From contig NC_091477.1 in NCBI RefSeq assembly GCF_036971445.1, positions 81,220,001 to 81,284,000 of the forward strand: DNA of 64,000 nucleotides. Reading direction: 5' to 3'. The DNA comes from Narcine bancroftii (taxonomy: Eukaryota). Of the stretch, positions 1-11,436 are shown in pieces; the stretch's first letter is position 1; the number at the start of each line of letters is the position of its first letter. The notes below the pieces were generated by a model. It ran no database searches, was not told the DNA's origin, and worked only from the letters and a program-made list of their open reading frames with translations. A program made the translations under genes and the position numbers.

Positions 1-375
1 AACAAGAAGGGGAGGTGTCCTTGTACTCCTGTTAGGTAAAACATCATGAGATGGGAATGTACAGGGCTGTAACAAGATGTAAATGCATCCTTGTACTTAC
101 AAGATAAGAGAGACATTGATGGATTGAGAGGCAGGAAGCTAGCAGGGAAAGGATAGCAACAGTTTTAGTCATTGGACAAGTAATGATATGATGATGTTCT
201 AAGCACGTATCCAAGGGTATAAAAAATCACCATTTTGCTGATAACGGCAGAATGCATTCTCCGACTAACTTTGTTAGTCGCAAGTGTTACAATCCGGTAA
301 TAAAGAACAAAGAACCCTGATTTCGACTCAGCCTGGTGTTTGTCTCACTCATTCATGAACAAAGCAGACCTAACA
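1..375 (+). mobile_element. 3' part of an LTR (truncated by window start)
   Basis: TATAAAAAA ~218, perfect hairpin CGACTAAC-ttt-GTTAGTCG 262-280, AATAAA ~299, ends ...CCTAACA at 375; no visible similarity to the ERV LTR at 5599-6320. Confidence 0.6.
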
Positions 376-505
376 ACCTTCACTTCCAATTTACCCATTG
401 CTCTCACTTTACATTACCCATCTCCAACACATACCTTTCCTTTCTTGAATTCTCTATCTTAAGATGTAGATTGGCAGTCAATATTAATTACAGCCCTCTG
501 AGTCC
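376..505 (+). mobile_element. Penelope-like element RT fragment
   Basis: Translation FTLPISNTYLSFLEFSI..RLAVNINYSP resembles the PLE RT motif FTxxISxTxLPFLDxSV..RLxTxIxYKPTD. Confidence 0.55.
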
Positions 506-3290
506 GTCCAAGCCCTACTGTGGCAGGGCATCATTACACCCACTGCCTTCAACAGTCCCATTTGGCCCATCTGCAAAAAGAAATGGGATGATGACAGTGG
601 ACTATAGACACCTCAACAACTGTGCCCCCCCCCCCCCCCACCTTGCTGCCACCGTGCCCAACATAGTTATCCTAGTGGAGGATTTTGTAGGGTGCCTAGA
701 TAAGCCTTGGTATGCAGTGGTGGACTTAGCCCATGCCTTCTTTGCAATTCCTCTCCATCCTGTTTCCCCAAGAGAAATTAGCATTTACCTGGGACTGGAG
801 AGAATATACCTCAAGGCTATATTCATAGCCCCTCTGCAAGGCACGTCAGACACCATTGTTTCAAAGGCTAATCTCCTCCCTCAGGGAACATGGCTACTGT
901 TAATATTGATAAGGTGCAGGGCTCCAACCAGAATATCCTGTTCCTTGAAATACAATGGCACTCAGGCCTTCTTGATACTTCCAAGACTGACACGAATAAA
1001 ATTTAGAATTTTGCCGACCCCTCAAATAACAGGCACTCAGAGCATTGTGGGCCTCCTAGGTTATTGGAGGCAGCATATACCCCATCATACCATGCTCCTT
1101 AGACTACTCTATAGGGTCTCCTGTCACATTCTTATGGGACCTGAACAACAGGCTGCTTTTGAAATAGCAAAGCTAGCTGTTGAACAGGCACTGCCACTTG
1201 CTCCTCACCAGGCAAGTGTTCCTTTTGAATTACAGGTCTCAGCCAGTGAGACAGTCAATGAAAGGACCATGTGGCAGAAGATCCAAGGGTACAGAGTCCC
1301 ACTCAGTTTCTGGACAATATCTCTGCCTAAGCCGCCGCCTGCTACAGGCCTTTTGAGTGTCAGCTGCTTGCAGGCTATCTGGTGCTCCCCGCCACTGAAC
1401 ATCAAACAGGCACCAACCCCGTTGTTCTTCACCCCCACCTACCCATAACGCAATGGTTCAAGTCTTCCGATTCCACTCACAAAGAGGGCCGTGCCCAGTG
1501 GTCCTCTACAGTAAAATGGAAGTGGTATATCACCGACTGAGCTGAACTCGGTCCGGAAAGGGTCAGCCACCTCTATGAGCAGGTCACGTCCTTCCCATAG
1601 TCCCATGACCCAGCCCCACAAATCTGAAATCCAACCAATACTTCCACTCCCTTGACCTCAAACAAAAATTGCCCAACTGGTTCACAGTCAGCTCCAGCCA
1701 ATGAAAAGGAGGGAAGAAGCAACATTGGAAAGCGGTGGCACTTCATCCCACCTTTCTGAAAATGTAACCAAATAGGGAGCAGATGGGTCCAGTTAACTTA
1801 CCAAGCTGGCAGCAGTAATGCTCAAGCTATGGGACACCACTGGGCTGGTCCACATTTATACTGACTCAATGGTATGGCAGTGTATGTAGATGGTGCAGTG
1901 GCATGAAATGGAGTGGGAAATTCATGGACATTCCCTCTAGGGACAGGAACTGGCATTTCTTTTGGGACAAGACAATCCACAGAAAAATGTCAGCGCACCA
2001 CGTGGATGCCCATACCCACAAAAATATTGAGGAGGCTATACCCAACGCTGCTGTGGACTAGGTTGCCCAAATATGCTGTGCCATTGCTTTCCCAGATGAA
2101 ACCGACCTCTGAGTTAGTTGTGTGGGCACACTGCAAAAGTGGACATCTAAGGGCTAATGGCACACAGCATTGGGCAGAGAAATTCAAGGTCACCCTGACA
2201 TTGGATCAACTCAGGACCACTGTTGCTAACTGCCGTGTCAGCAGGTGAAGCCACAGGGTTGGTCAACAGTGCCGCCGGGTCACATACGCTGTGGCACAGG
2301 AGTGGATCACGTATGGCAAATTGATTATATCAGACTGCTCCCACATCAAAATAAAAAAAAACAAGATGCCCTGATGATGGTGGACACATACTCCAGTGCC
2401 CTAGTAGCAGTGCCCTATGAGAAGGCTGGCCAGAATAACACCAAAGATTGCAGTATCTCTCTTCCATCTATGGGGGTCCCTTGGGAGGAACAATTCGATC
2501 CGGGGCTAAAGCTAAGAACTGGGGTAATGAGGCAGGGATCTCATGGCTATTCTTTCCACTTACCTTATAACCCACATTTTTTTTTCACTTCACCTGGCAG
2601 CTCATTCCTTACTCGCATGACTCTCAGTGTGAAGAGGTTCCCCCAAATGTTCCCCTTAAACTTTTCCCCATTAACCCAACACCCATGTCCTCTGGTTTGT
2701 ATCTCACCTACCCTCAGTGGAAAAAGACCTACTCTATCTATACTGCTCATAATTTTGTATACCTCTATCAAATCTCCCCTCATTCTTCTATGCTCCAAGG
2801 AATAAAGTCCTAATCTGTTTAACCTTTCTCTGTAACTCAGTACTTGCAGTCCCGGCAACATCCAACTAAATTTTATCTACGCTCTTTCAATATCCCACAG
2901 GCATAGATCTATTTGAGAGAATGAACAGCCTTCTTCAGAAAACATATGCACACCAACACCCTCCCGCACACTTCAGGGTTGATTGAGCATGTTGCAACAG
3001 GCCATTGACCAGATGAATACACAGTCCACTGGCAAAGGGAGGGGGCCCCGTTCTGTCCCATCATCTGGCACACTTCCCACCTCCTAACCTGGAAGACATT
3101 GAACCCCCCCGAGACTGAGAACTCGGGGAGAATACAGATACGACAGGCACAAACAAGGTCCAGAAGGGAGAAGTTGTTATGCGCAGTCCCAGGGATACCA
3201 GTTGGGTCGCGATTCTGGGTCAAACTAACCCGTCTTATCTGCATACCTGACAGCTGACCCAACAAGAATGAGTCTGCTCCTCAACCCCTC
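506..3290 (+). pseudogene. pol: ERV pol (RT-tether-RNase H-integrase), frameshifted
   Basis: FNSPIWP, MTVDYRHLN, WYAVVDLAHAFFAIP, QGYIHSP, GLLGYWRQHIPH, FELQVS..PLSFW, KWKWYI..GPE, VHIYTDS, zinc-finger WAHCKSGH..C, WQIDYI..VDTYS, ERMNSLL, all ERV-L/S-type wording. Confidence 0.85.
2577..2893 (-). mobile_element. CR1 LINE ORF2 C-terminal fragment inserted in ERV integrase
   Basis: MLPGL..LSYRERLNRLGLYSLEHRRMRGDLIEVYKIM..TRGH; A-tail (T-run 2577-2585); flanking direct repeat CCCACA at 2571-2576 and 2894-2899. Confidence 0.85.
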
Positions 3291-3783
3291 CACCCCCAAC
3301 AGGACAATGCCTTTACTCCAGTCATCTCTGCTGTTCAATGCAACGATCGGCATTGGGACATCAACCAACACCTTCCTCAGGGTTGCTTATAAATTTCCCA
3401 GCTCCACAAATTGACTGGACCGCTGGATTTGTGTGTGAACCCCCTGCACACACCAATGAAGCTCTGCAACTTATGCTGATCCCGCTGGATGACTTTGAGA
3501 TGAACTGTTTGCAGACTTTTCATTCCTGTGGAGTTTGGCATATCTGTTTGGGGGTGGGGGGGCCGGGGGGCAAATGGCAGTCCCCTACCACTCCCCTCAC
3601 CTCTACATAACATCTCTTCCAGCATTCCTGATGGGGTGGGTGCTTCAGGAACTGGTATTTCCCTTCTTGCAATTTGCCCTCCACCCCTGAGTTCTGACTC
3701 TCAGAGTCATTCCACAGCCAGTGAGCAGACCTAAGGAATGCTGGTGCAGGCTCCCAAATGAGCACGGTTCCAACTTTTCAGTC

Positions 3784-4048
3784 TGTGACAGTTTACGTTA
3801 TATTTTATATTCTATATAGAAATGTTTTAAAGGAGATAAATTGTGACATTTTCTTTATAGTGTAGGTCACATACAAACACTTCAAAACAGACCTCATTTA
3901 AAATGCCAGAGCTCTGCTCAAGCCAGACAGTTCAGGCTCCGGGTGCCTTTGCACAAACTTTGAAGAATGCCTATAATGACTTCACGAGTAGATGTCAATG
4001 GGACATGCTGTGGAGTAATGGATTATTGTTTTGGAAAGCAACAGATGA

Positions 4049-4087
<39 letters not shown>

Positions 4088-4751
4088 GGTGGGGGGGGAA
4101 GAGAGAATTCAGTTTCAGTTCTACAGTTCAGCAGCAGGGACTGGAACAGGACAAGCTGGCAAGCTTGTGGAAAAACCCCATTTTGAAGACAGGTTGAGAG
4201 TTCTTAGTTCAGCCTGGTCAAAGCCCTTGTGGTCCATACAAGAGGAGAGGACTGGCTGCCTAATATTTCACTTGAAATAAGGGAAACAAAAAGGAACTGC
4301 AGTGACCTGAAAGAAAGAGGTTGTCATCTGGAAAACCCTGATGGGGCAAGGTTTTTCGGCAAGACACTGAAGTGGCTGTTCAGAAGAAATCAGTTGTGGG
4401 TGACAACTGACAAGAACCTTCCTGAGCAGTAACCATTTACCTTTCAAGCCCTAAAGTCTGGTGAAATTAATAAACATTAAATTCTGTGCACAGTATAAGA
4501 CTTGCCTGATACCAGTGAACTTGGAGTGAGAAGTGAGATTGGACTGTGAATCAAAGAACTTTTCTGAACTTACACATGCATGCGCTTAGAATTAGAAGGG
4601 GGTTAAGTTAGGTTAAGTTAATAGTAATAAGATAAAGTTTGATCCTGTTTTCATGGTTAAAGATAACTAAAAGCAACTTTTGTTTAAGTAGCAATTTGTC
4701 TTGGTGAATTTTTCTCACTGTTGGGTTTTGGGGTCTTCTGGACTCATAACA
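3784..4751 (+). mobile_element. Solo LTR (~970 bp, probably Gypsy) inserted in env
   Basis: TGTGACAG...CATAACA termini, 4-bp TSD AGTC/AGTT, internal (GA)n; orientation not certain. Confidence 0.72.
4055..4086. repeat. (GA)n microsatellite
   Basis: Direct observation. Confidence 0.95.
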
Positions 4752-5598
4752 AGTTGCAGTGACTGTGAGTGAGACTGGTATCCAGATGCCCAGGACCACT
4801 GCTGATGTGCCGCTAAGCTGGGGACTCCCTGAACATTGAATGGAACCCTCTGGATTTGAGGCCACCATACCAACCCATGGTTCCCTGGGAGTTGGTACAG
4901 TTGCTGTTTTCCAGTGTTCGTGGTGCCCTACAACCTTGGGAGCACCTGGCATACAGCAGCCACCAGAGGGCCATTACAGAGGTGGAGAGGTTTTGGATGA
5001 TATCCTTTCCCAGGTATGTCATGACCCAATTGTCCCATAAAGTTATCAAGATGAACAGTGTGCTGGAGACGCTGGCCAACAAAACGGCAGTGGCACTGCA
5101 ACATACCGAAGATGCCCTAACTAAACGGCGACAGAGCTGATGGCTGTCAGGATGGTCGCCCTGCAGAATCAAATAGCCCTGGATTACCTGCTGATGGTAG
5201 TACCTGTGCAGTGATTGGTAAAGAGTGCTGCACATTTACCCCTGGTGAGTTAAAGTACATCTCCCACTTGGCTGCTAACATTCAGGACTCGATGGGTAAA
5301 ATTCAAAAATCCAGGGCCAGTTCCTCCAGTATGACATCAATTGAGTAAACTAGTGGTCGTTTGGGTATCTGGGGGGGTGGTGGGCAACTATCATCCACTG
5401 GGAGTTAGATTCTCATTGTGCTTGCTAGATTATCTAGAGCATGTCTGCCTATATATTAACATAGTTTTAAGCTTAGAAATAGTTGTAGCCATGATTTATT
5501 GGTCTGTTAAGGGCAAGACTTCTATTGCACTATGTGGGTTTTCCTTCACTGTATTCCACGTAATGATTGGTGAATGGTGTGACTTCCAAGGTGTGGAT

Positions 5599-6320
5599 TG
5601 TATCGTGGAGGGCCGTAGCGCTGCCTCCTACCTGGTCGGAAGGCACACCATCTGCCTCACCTATCAGCGCACAATTGACATTGGCCCCTGAAAGAACCTT
5701 TATATTTGGTCTTAGACCATTGGCCTTTGTAATCGACAACCTTGCTGGCACCGAGCCATTTGTACCTGTAAATTACCTGGGCAAGACAGTCCAGCCCGCC
5801 TGTACTTGGCCTTGGATCATTGGCTGTTGAGATTGATTAGTTCTTTGCTGGCACTGAGCCATTTCTCTGTAAATTACCTGGGCTGGACCCTCCAGCACTA
5901 TAAAGGTCACCAAGTGTGCTTGGCTCTTTCTCTCTTTGAGGGACCACCCTGCTTCACTCCAGACAGAGTACCGTGGAATGTTGCTGGAGAAATCATTGGT
6001 GAGGTGTGCACTGTTAAAGGGTTTTGAGCATTTTAGTTAGTGTACCTACTAATACAGAGCCGTGCCTGCAGTAAGTCAAGGGGTGGTGGGTATCATATTG
6101 TTTTTTCTCCTTGATTGTATGTACCTAGTTCGTTATGTGTGTGTATTTTATTCCTGGTGCAATTTTCCCACACTCTTCTATAAATTGTGCACGTGTGTTT
6201 TATTCTATTCCTGTTACCATTTACCCACTCTCATCTTTTATAAATAAAATGATTTACAACTAGACTGTGTTCAGAGCCCTTGCTCTGAGACCCATCAAAT
6301 CTGTTTTCTCACTCATAACA
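5599..6320 (+). repeat. ERV 3' LTR
   Basis: Begins TGTA right after the PPT, TATAAA ~5899, AATAAA ~6243, ends CATAACA; internal ~45-bp direct duplication at 5742-5787 and 5843-5888. Confidence 0.7.
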
Positions 6321-7455
6321 GCAGCACAGGCTCATGGGCTGAAATTTTAAAAAATAATACTCAAAACATGGTTTATCCAACATCTTGTACAGTTTTAAGA
6401 TGATGTCCCAGTTGTAATCTGTCACTGAAAATTATTTATTCTCAAAAGTACCTTATTCTAAGAATGTTCACATGATAGATATAATATACAGAGGCAATGA
6501 AAAAGACATGGTTCTGACAAATATTCTTTGAAGTGTCTGTTGTCAGGATCATTTCACCTTGCTAACTGTAGGTTGCAAAACAGCTTCAGAATGAAAAATA
6601 CATTTGGGCTTTGTGTCTTGAACTCATTTATAAGGATACATTATATCACAAAGACAATGGGAAGCAATATTATCCTCTTTCAGGCATCGAAAGAATGAAT
6701 ATACACCAGAGTATTGTCAGAAAATATTTTCAGTTAATACAAGGTCATGTGTCCTGTGGATAAAAATAAACATGCTGCTGTGCTTGGCTTTGTACCAGCT
6801 CCATTCGTCTTCATAAAGCAGAAAATGAATAATTGTGTAAACTGCTTTTTATCAGAACAAACCTGAATAAATAATGTTAAATTAAAATTTAATAGTAAAC
6901 CTGGGCCAACTATATATTTTTCAGAAATGATTGACCAGAAAAAGAAACAAGTGCTCTTAAAACTTTACTGGAATCTTTCTTGAATTTTTTTTAACATCCA
7001 ATAATGCACTCATCCAAATTGATGGCGAAGCTCAGCAGATAAATGCTGGACACAAAGCTGAAGCATTTACAACCATGTTCAACCAGAAATACCAAAAGAT
7101 GGCCCATCTTAGCTTCCCCAATATCCCCATCACAAAAATCAGTCTAGCCAATTCACGGACTCTATTATGGTTTTTACACATAATGATAATTTTCCTTAAT
7201 AAATTAGTATACCTCTGGAATGGTTGTTCACACTATACAAGGTTCAGATGCAATAATTTTGATGGCTGCATGTTTGGGATGGGGGTAGGTTGAATGCAGT
7301 ATAATTGAGTTTCAAAAATGTTGCACAAATATTCTCCATTTTCAGAGTACGACTCCCCCCACCCCCCAGTCGGCCCACGGACACCCTCTCTTACCATGAA
7401 AGGTGACTCTCAACCCCCAACATCCGGTGGGAGAGAAGCAGGTGGCGGTTGGCCC

Positions 7456-7595
7456 AATACGGGATCAATGGCAGTCTTCCTTACCCATGATCCCTCATGT
7501 AGCTGGAACTGCTCTGCGTATCCCTGGCTCTGGCAGAGTGGTTCTGGCTATGTGGAGGGATTATAGGTAACAAAAATGATCCTTGCTCCCGCATT
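7456..7595. repeat. Foldback hairpin repeat (second copy at 46836-46970)
   Basis: Arms GGGATCAATGGCAGTCTTCCTTACCCATGATCCCTC and GAGGGATTATAGGTAACAAAAATGATCCTTGCTCCCG; homologous to the reverse complement of 46836-46970. Confidence 0.7.
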
Positions 7596-10500
7596 GAGCC
7601 ATTGTGGCGATCTGGTGAACACCGGGCTTGGCACTGCACCTCTTCTGCCATGTCGGGAATTAGATTGGGCGGGGGGGGGGGGGGGGGGGTGTGGGGCATA
7701 TTCATTAGCATATTGTTACAGACAGCCTACAAGCTGTCCGCAAAAATGTCTGGAGCTGCCACAGGAAAAATTCCCGTCAGGAAATAGCTTCTAACTCCTG
7801 TCTGGAACTTTTAACACAGCCAGCGTTGCAGGAATTTTCTGAGAGATTCCCATCATGCAGGAGCAGTGTAAAAAGCATTTATTTTTGTTTCATCAAGAAA
7901 TAGCAAAAGCACAGGATACAACAAAGGCTGTAGGAGAAGACAAAATCTCAATACAGATTTGAAGCCCTGTGATCCACAACTATCTTAAACCATTTCATTA
8001 AAATTGCAACATTACAATACTAATATCTACCCAAAATATGGAAAATTGTCCAGGTATGGCCTATTCAAAAAAAATCAAAACAAATCCAATTACCGCTTAC
8101 GTTCCTCAAACAATTAATGATGGAAGGCATCATTGCAGTGATCTGATGGTTGGCTCCTCCCCCAGGCTCCACCCTCATCTTCCCATATATAATCCAGGTT
8201 TTCCATCTAAATCCAGAGCCCTACTGAAGACATTTGTAAGACCTTACCCTTTGTTATAAGCTAATAAAAGCGCGTGTTCTCCCTCCAGTTGTGAGAGCTT
8301 TTATTCGCGCTACAATTTTATTAGCTTATTAACAAAAAGATGGAGACACTGCTCAAACCGAGCATGACCTCTGTCCCCAAATGCTGCTGAGGAGTTTGCT
8401 TACTGGCTGGACTGCTTCCAGGCCTACCTGAACGTGACCATGACCAGGTGCGTGTTCAATACTGATGAACTTGAGGTCAGCCTTTGTTTCCAGTGTAGGG
8501 ACTAAGTGGTATGCAGTCATTCAGGACTGTGCAACCTATGATGCTGCCATTGAGGCTTTGTACTTGAAGTCGCAAAACGAGGTCCTAGTGAGATATCGAT
8601 TTGCTTTACATCACCAGCAGCCTGGAGAGACAATCGATGACTATCTGCTTGACCTGTGGACTCTTGCCAAGAAGTGCCAGTATGAAGTGGCTATCAGCCG
8701 TGTTCGTGAGGAAAAGTCACGGGGTCTGCTCGAGATATGTGAGGCAGTGACTACTTGAGTCAGGTAAGAAAGACTTGCCCAACCAAGTCCATTGAACAAG
8801 CCCAGCTCAAGGCCGACGACCTTGAGGCCAACAACAACACTCTTCCCTGTGATCCCTTCCCAGAACCGGCAGCCCTCTCTGCCCTTGACCTAATGGCAGC
8901 CACCTCCCATGCTAGAGAGCACTCCCGCACTAGGGAGTGCTTCTTCTGTGGTAGAAGCCAGCATCCTCGTGCTCGCTGCCCACCTATGGACTGCCTGCTC
9001 CAGCTGAGGGAAGAGGGGACACTGGGCAAAAGTCTGCCACGTGAAGAGAACACCTAGGAAATCCACAGTCTGCACAGATCCCAAGTCAACTCCAGCCACA
9101 AGCCATCACACTCAACCCGAAACTCACCAGAGCCTACCTGCTGCGCTACTCGCCAAAGGAGGATGGCAATGGGAAAATGGCACGAAAATCCTCGGCGGCC
9201 ATCTTGCCGCGATTTGAATTCGAATTTAGCACCATCGTCATCAGAGGAGGAGGAAGGGTGGCCACCTTGCCGAGCAACGAGGTCAACGTCATCTTGCCTG
9301 CCGGTGCATCAGTAAGGAGGAGATTGCTTGAGCAAGGAGGACTACGGAGTCTCCAGGGTCCTAGCATTGATGGTTCTGGACCAAGAAAGACCACATCAAC
9401 TAGCAACTCTATAGCGACTGTCAAGGTAAACGGACACCCAACTAGATGCTTAATTGACACTGGCTCTACAGAAAGTTTCATAGACTCTCAGACTGTTTGG
9501 GAATACAAACTTAAACTTTATCCTCGTAATTATCGTATATTTCTAGTGTCTCATTTGCACTCGACTCGTATCCAAGAACTATGTACTGCACATTTATCTT
9601 TTGAAGGGGGGAATTTTGTAAATTTCGGTTGTATGTGCTTAATGATTTCTGTGCTCCGGTACTGTTGGGACTTCTTGTGTCTCCTTAAAAGCATGACCTT
9701 GGAGTATTCTGGTCCCCTCCCTCCCATAACAGCTCAGAATGGAAGGCCATTAAAATCAAATCCCACATGCAGCCTCTCCACACTTATCGATCCCCCACCC
9801 CTCTTCCCAAACCTGTCTCCAGATTGCAAGCTGATTGCTACAAAGAGTAGGCGGTGCAGTGCCTCTGATTGGGAGTTCATAAAAATCAGTGACTCAATGC
9901 TTGTTCAATGAGAAAATCAATGAACCTATAGCTTGTGGAGAGCGCTAGTGGTTATAGTAAAAGATAAAAATAAGTTCAGGGTAGTAATTAACTAGAGCTA
10001 AACAATTAATCATTTCATACTCCTGGACGGATATCCCCTTCCTCGAATTTCAGATTGATATCTGAATTATATTGCGCAGTATTTGAGCATCAACCTGAAG
10101 CATGCCTATCACCAGCTGCCAATCCGTTCCGAGGACTGTCCCTATATTGTTTTTAAGGCAAACGGTCGTCTCTTTCAATTCCTGCGGGTCCCTCTTGATA
10201 TTACCGATGGGGTTTCTATCTTCCAGAGGCAGATGGACAGGATGGTGGATGAGTACAAGTTGAAGGCTACCTTCCCTTACCTCGATAATATCATCTGTGG
10301 CCACACCTTGGAGGATCATAACACGAACCTTCAGAGCTTTCTCCACGCGGCAAAATCCCTGAACCTACATGGTGAAGAATGGTATTATTGGCCCCAACCC
10401 CGATAGGATGCGCCCCCTTTTAGAACTCCCTATTCCAAGGACCATGAAAGCTTTGAGGAGAAGCCTGGGGTTTTTCTCATATTACGCCCAGTGGGTCCCT

Positions 10501-11436
10501 CAATACGCCGATAAGGTTCGCCTCCTTTTAAAATTCACTAGCTTTCCCCTCTTGGCTGAAGCCCAAATGGCTTTTACTTATGTCCAAAGCCACATTGCAA
10601 AAGCCACCATGCACGCAGTGGATAAGAATGTACCTTTCCAAGTGGAAAGTGATGCTTTGGATGTGGATCTGGCCGTTACCCTTAATCAGGACGGCAGGCT
10701 AGTGGCATTTTTCTCCCGGACCCTGCAAGGGCACGAGCTCTGGAATCCCTCTGTGGAGCAAGAGGTTCAAAGTCATTGTGGAAGCACTATCTGGCTGGTA
10801 TGAAATTTACACTCCTCACTAACCAGCGCGCTGTCACCTTTATATTCAATGACGTTGAGGAGCAAAATTAAAAATGACAAAATTGATAGGTGGAGGTCCA
10901 AACTCTCCACCTACAATTATGACATTGCCTTATTGAGCCTCCAGATGCCTTATCCAGAGGAAGCTGTGCCTCAGCACATACCGGCCAACTGCCATTTCTA
11001 CATAATAAGCTCTGCCATCCAGAGGATATCCAAATGGCTCACTTTGTCAAGGCACACACAATCTGCCCTACTCAATGGAAGATATCAGGGAAATGACCAG
11101 GTCCTGCCAGGTCTGCGCAGAGTGCAAGCTGTAGTTCTACCACCTCGTTAAGGCGCACCTGATAAAGTCATCCCAGCCCTTCGAATGGCTCACAAATGGG
11201 AACACATTGATGAGTACTCCCATGTCCAGATACCTCCACCTCCTCAGTTATCAAGGCCCTAGATTCTATTTTTACCCTGGTCGAGTATCCCAGCTATATT
11301 CATAACAACTGGGACTCATCATTTATGAGCAAGGAGCTACGTCAGTACCTGTTGGCAAGGGGCATCGCATCCAGCAGGACTACTAACTACAACCCCTGGG
11401 GGAATGAGCAGGTTGAAAAAGAAAATGCCATGGTCT

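Larger units (their letters stand above)
3305..5480 (+). pseudogene. env: ERV env (gamma-type SU/TM), disrupted
   Basis: NTFL..RWIC (degenerate CWIC) at 3421-3432; SHQR/AITEVERFW at the putative SU/TM junction; heptad region; ISD LQNQIALDYLL 5161-5193; CX6CC CAVIGKECC 5205-5231. Confidence 0.78.
506..6320 (+). mobile_element. 5'-truncated class III (ERV-L/ERV-S-like) endogenous retrovirus: pol-env-PPT-3'LTR, with two nested insertions
   Basis: RT, tether, RNase H and integrase motifs, then env motifs, ERV-L-like PPT CCAAGGTGTGGAT and a TG...CA LTR; gag, pro and 5' LTR absent. Confidence 0.85.

Noticed and set aside
1-375. 5' LTR of the ERV
   Set aside because: No similarity to 5599-6320; no PBS or gag follows
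336-1448. 370-aa ORF as a novel gene
   Set aside because: Chance read-through of an LTR end, a Penelope fragment and frameshifted ERV RT; the motifs switch frames
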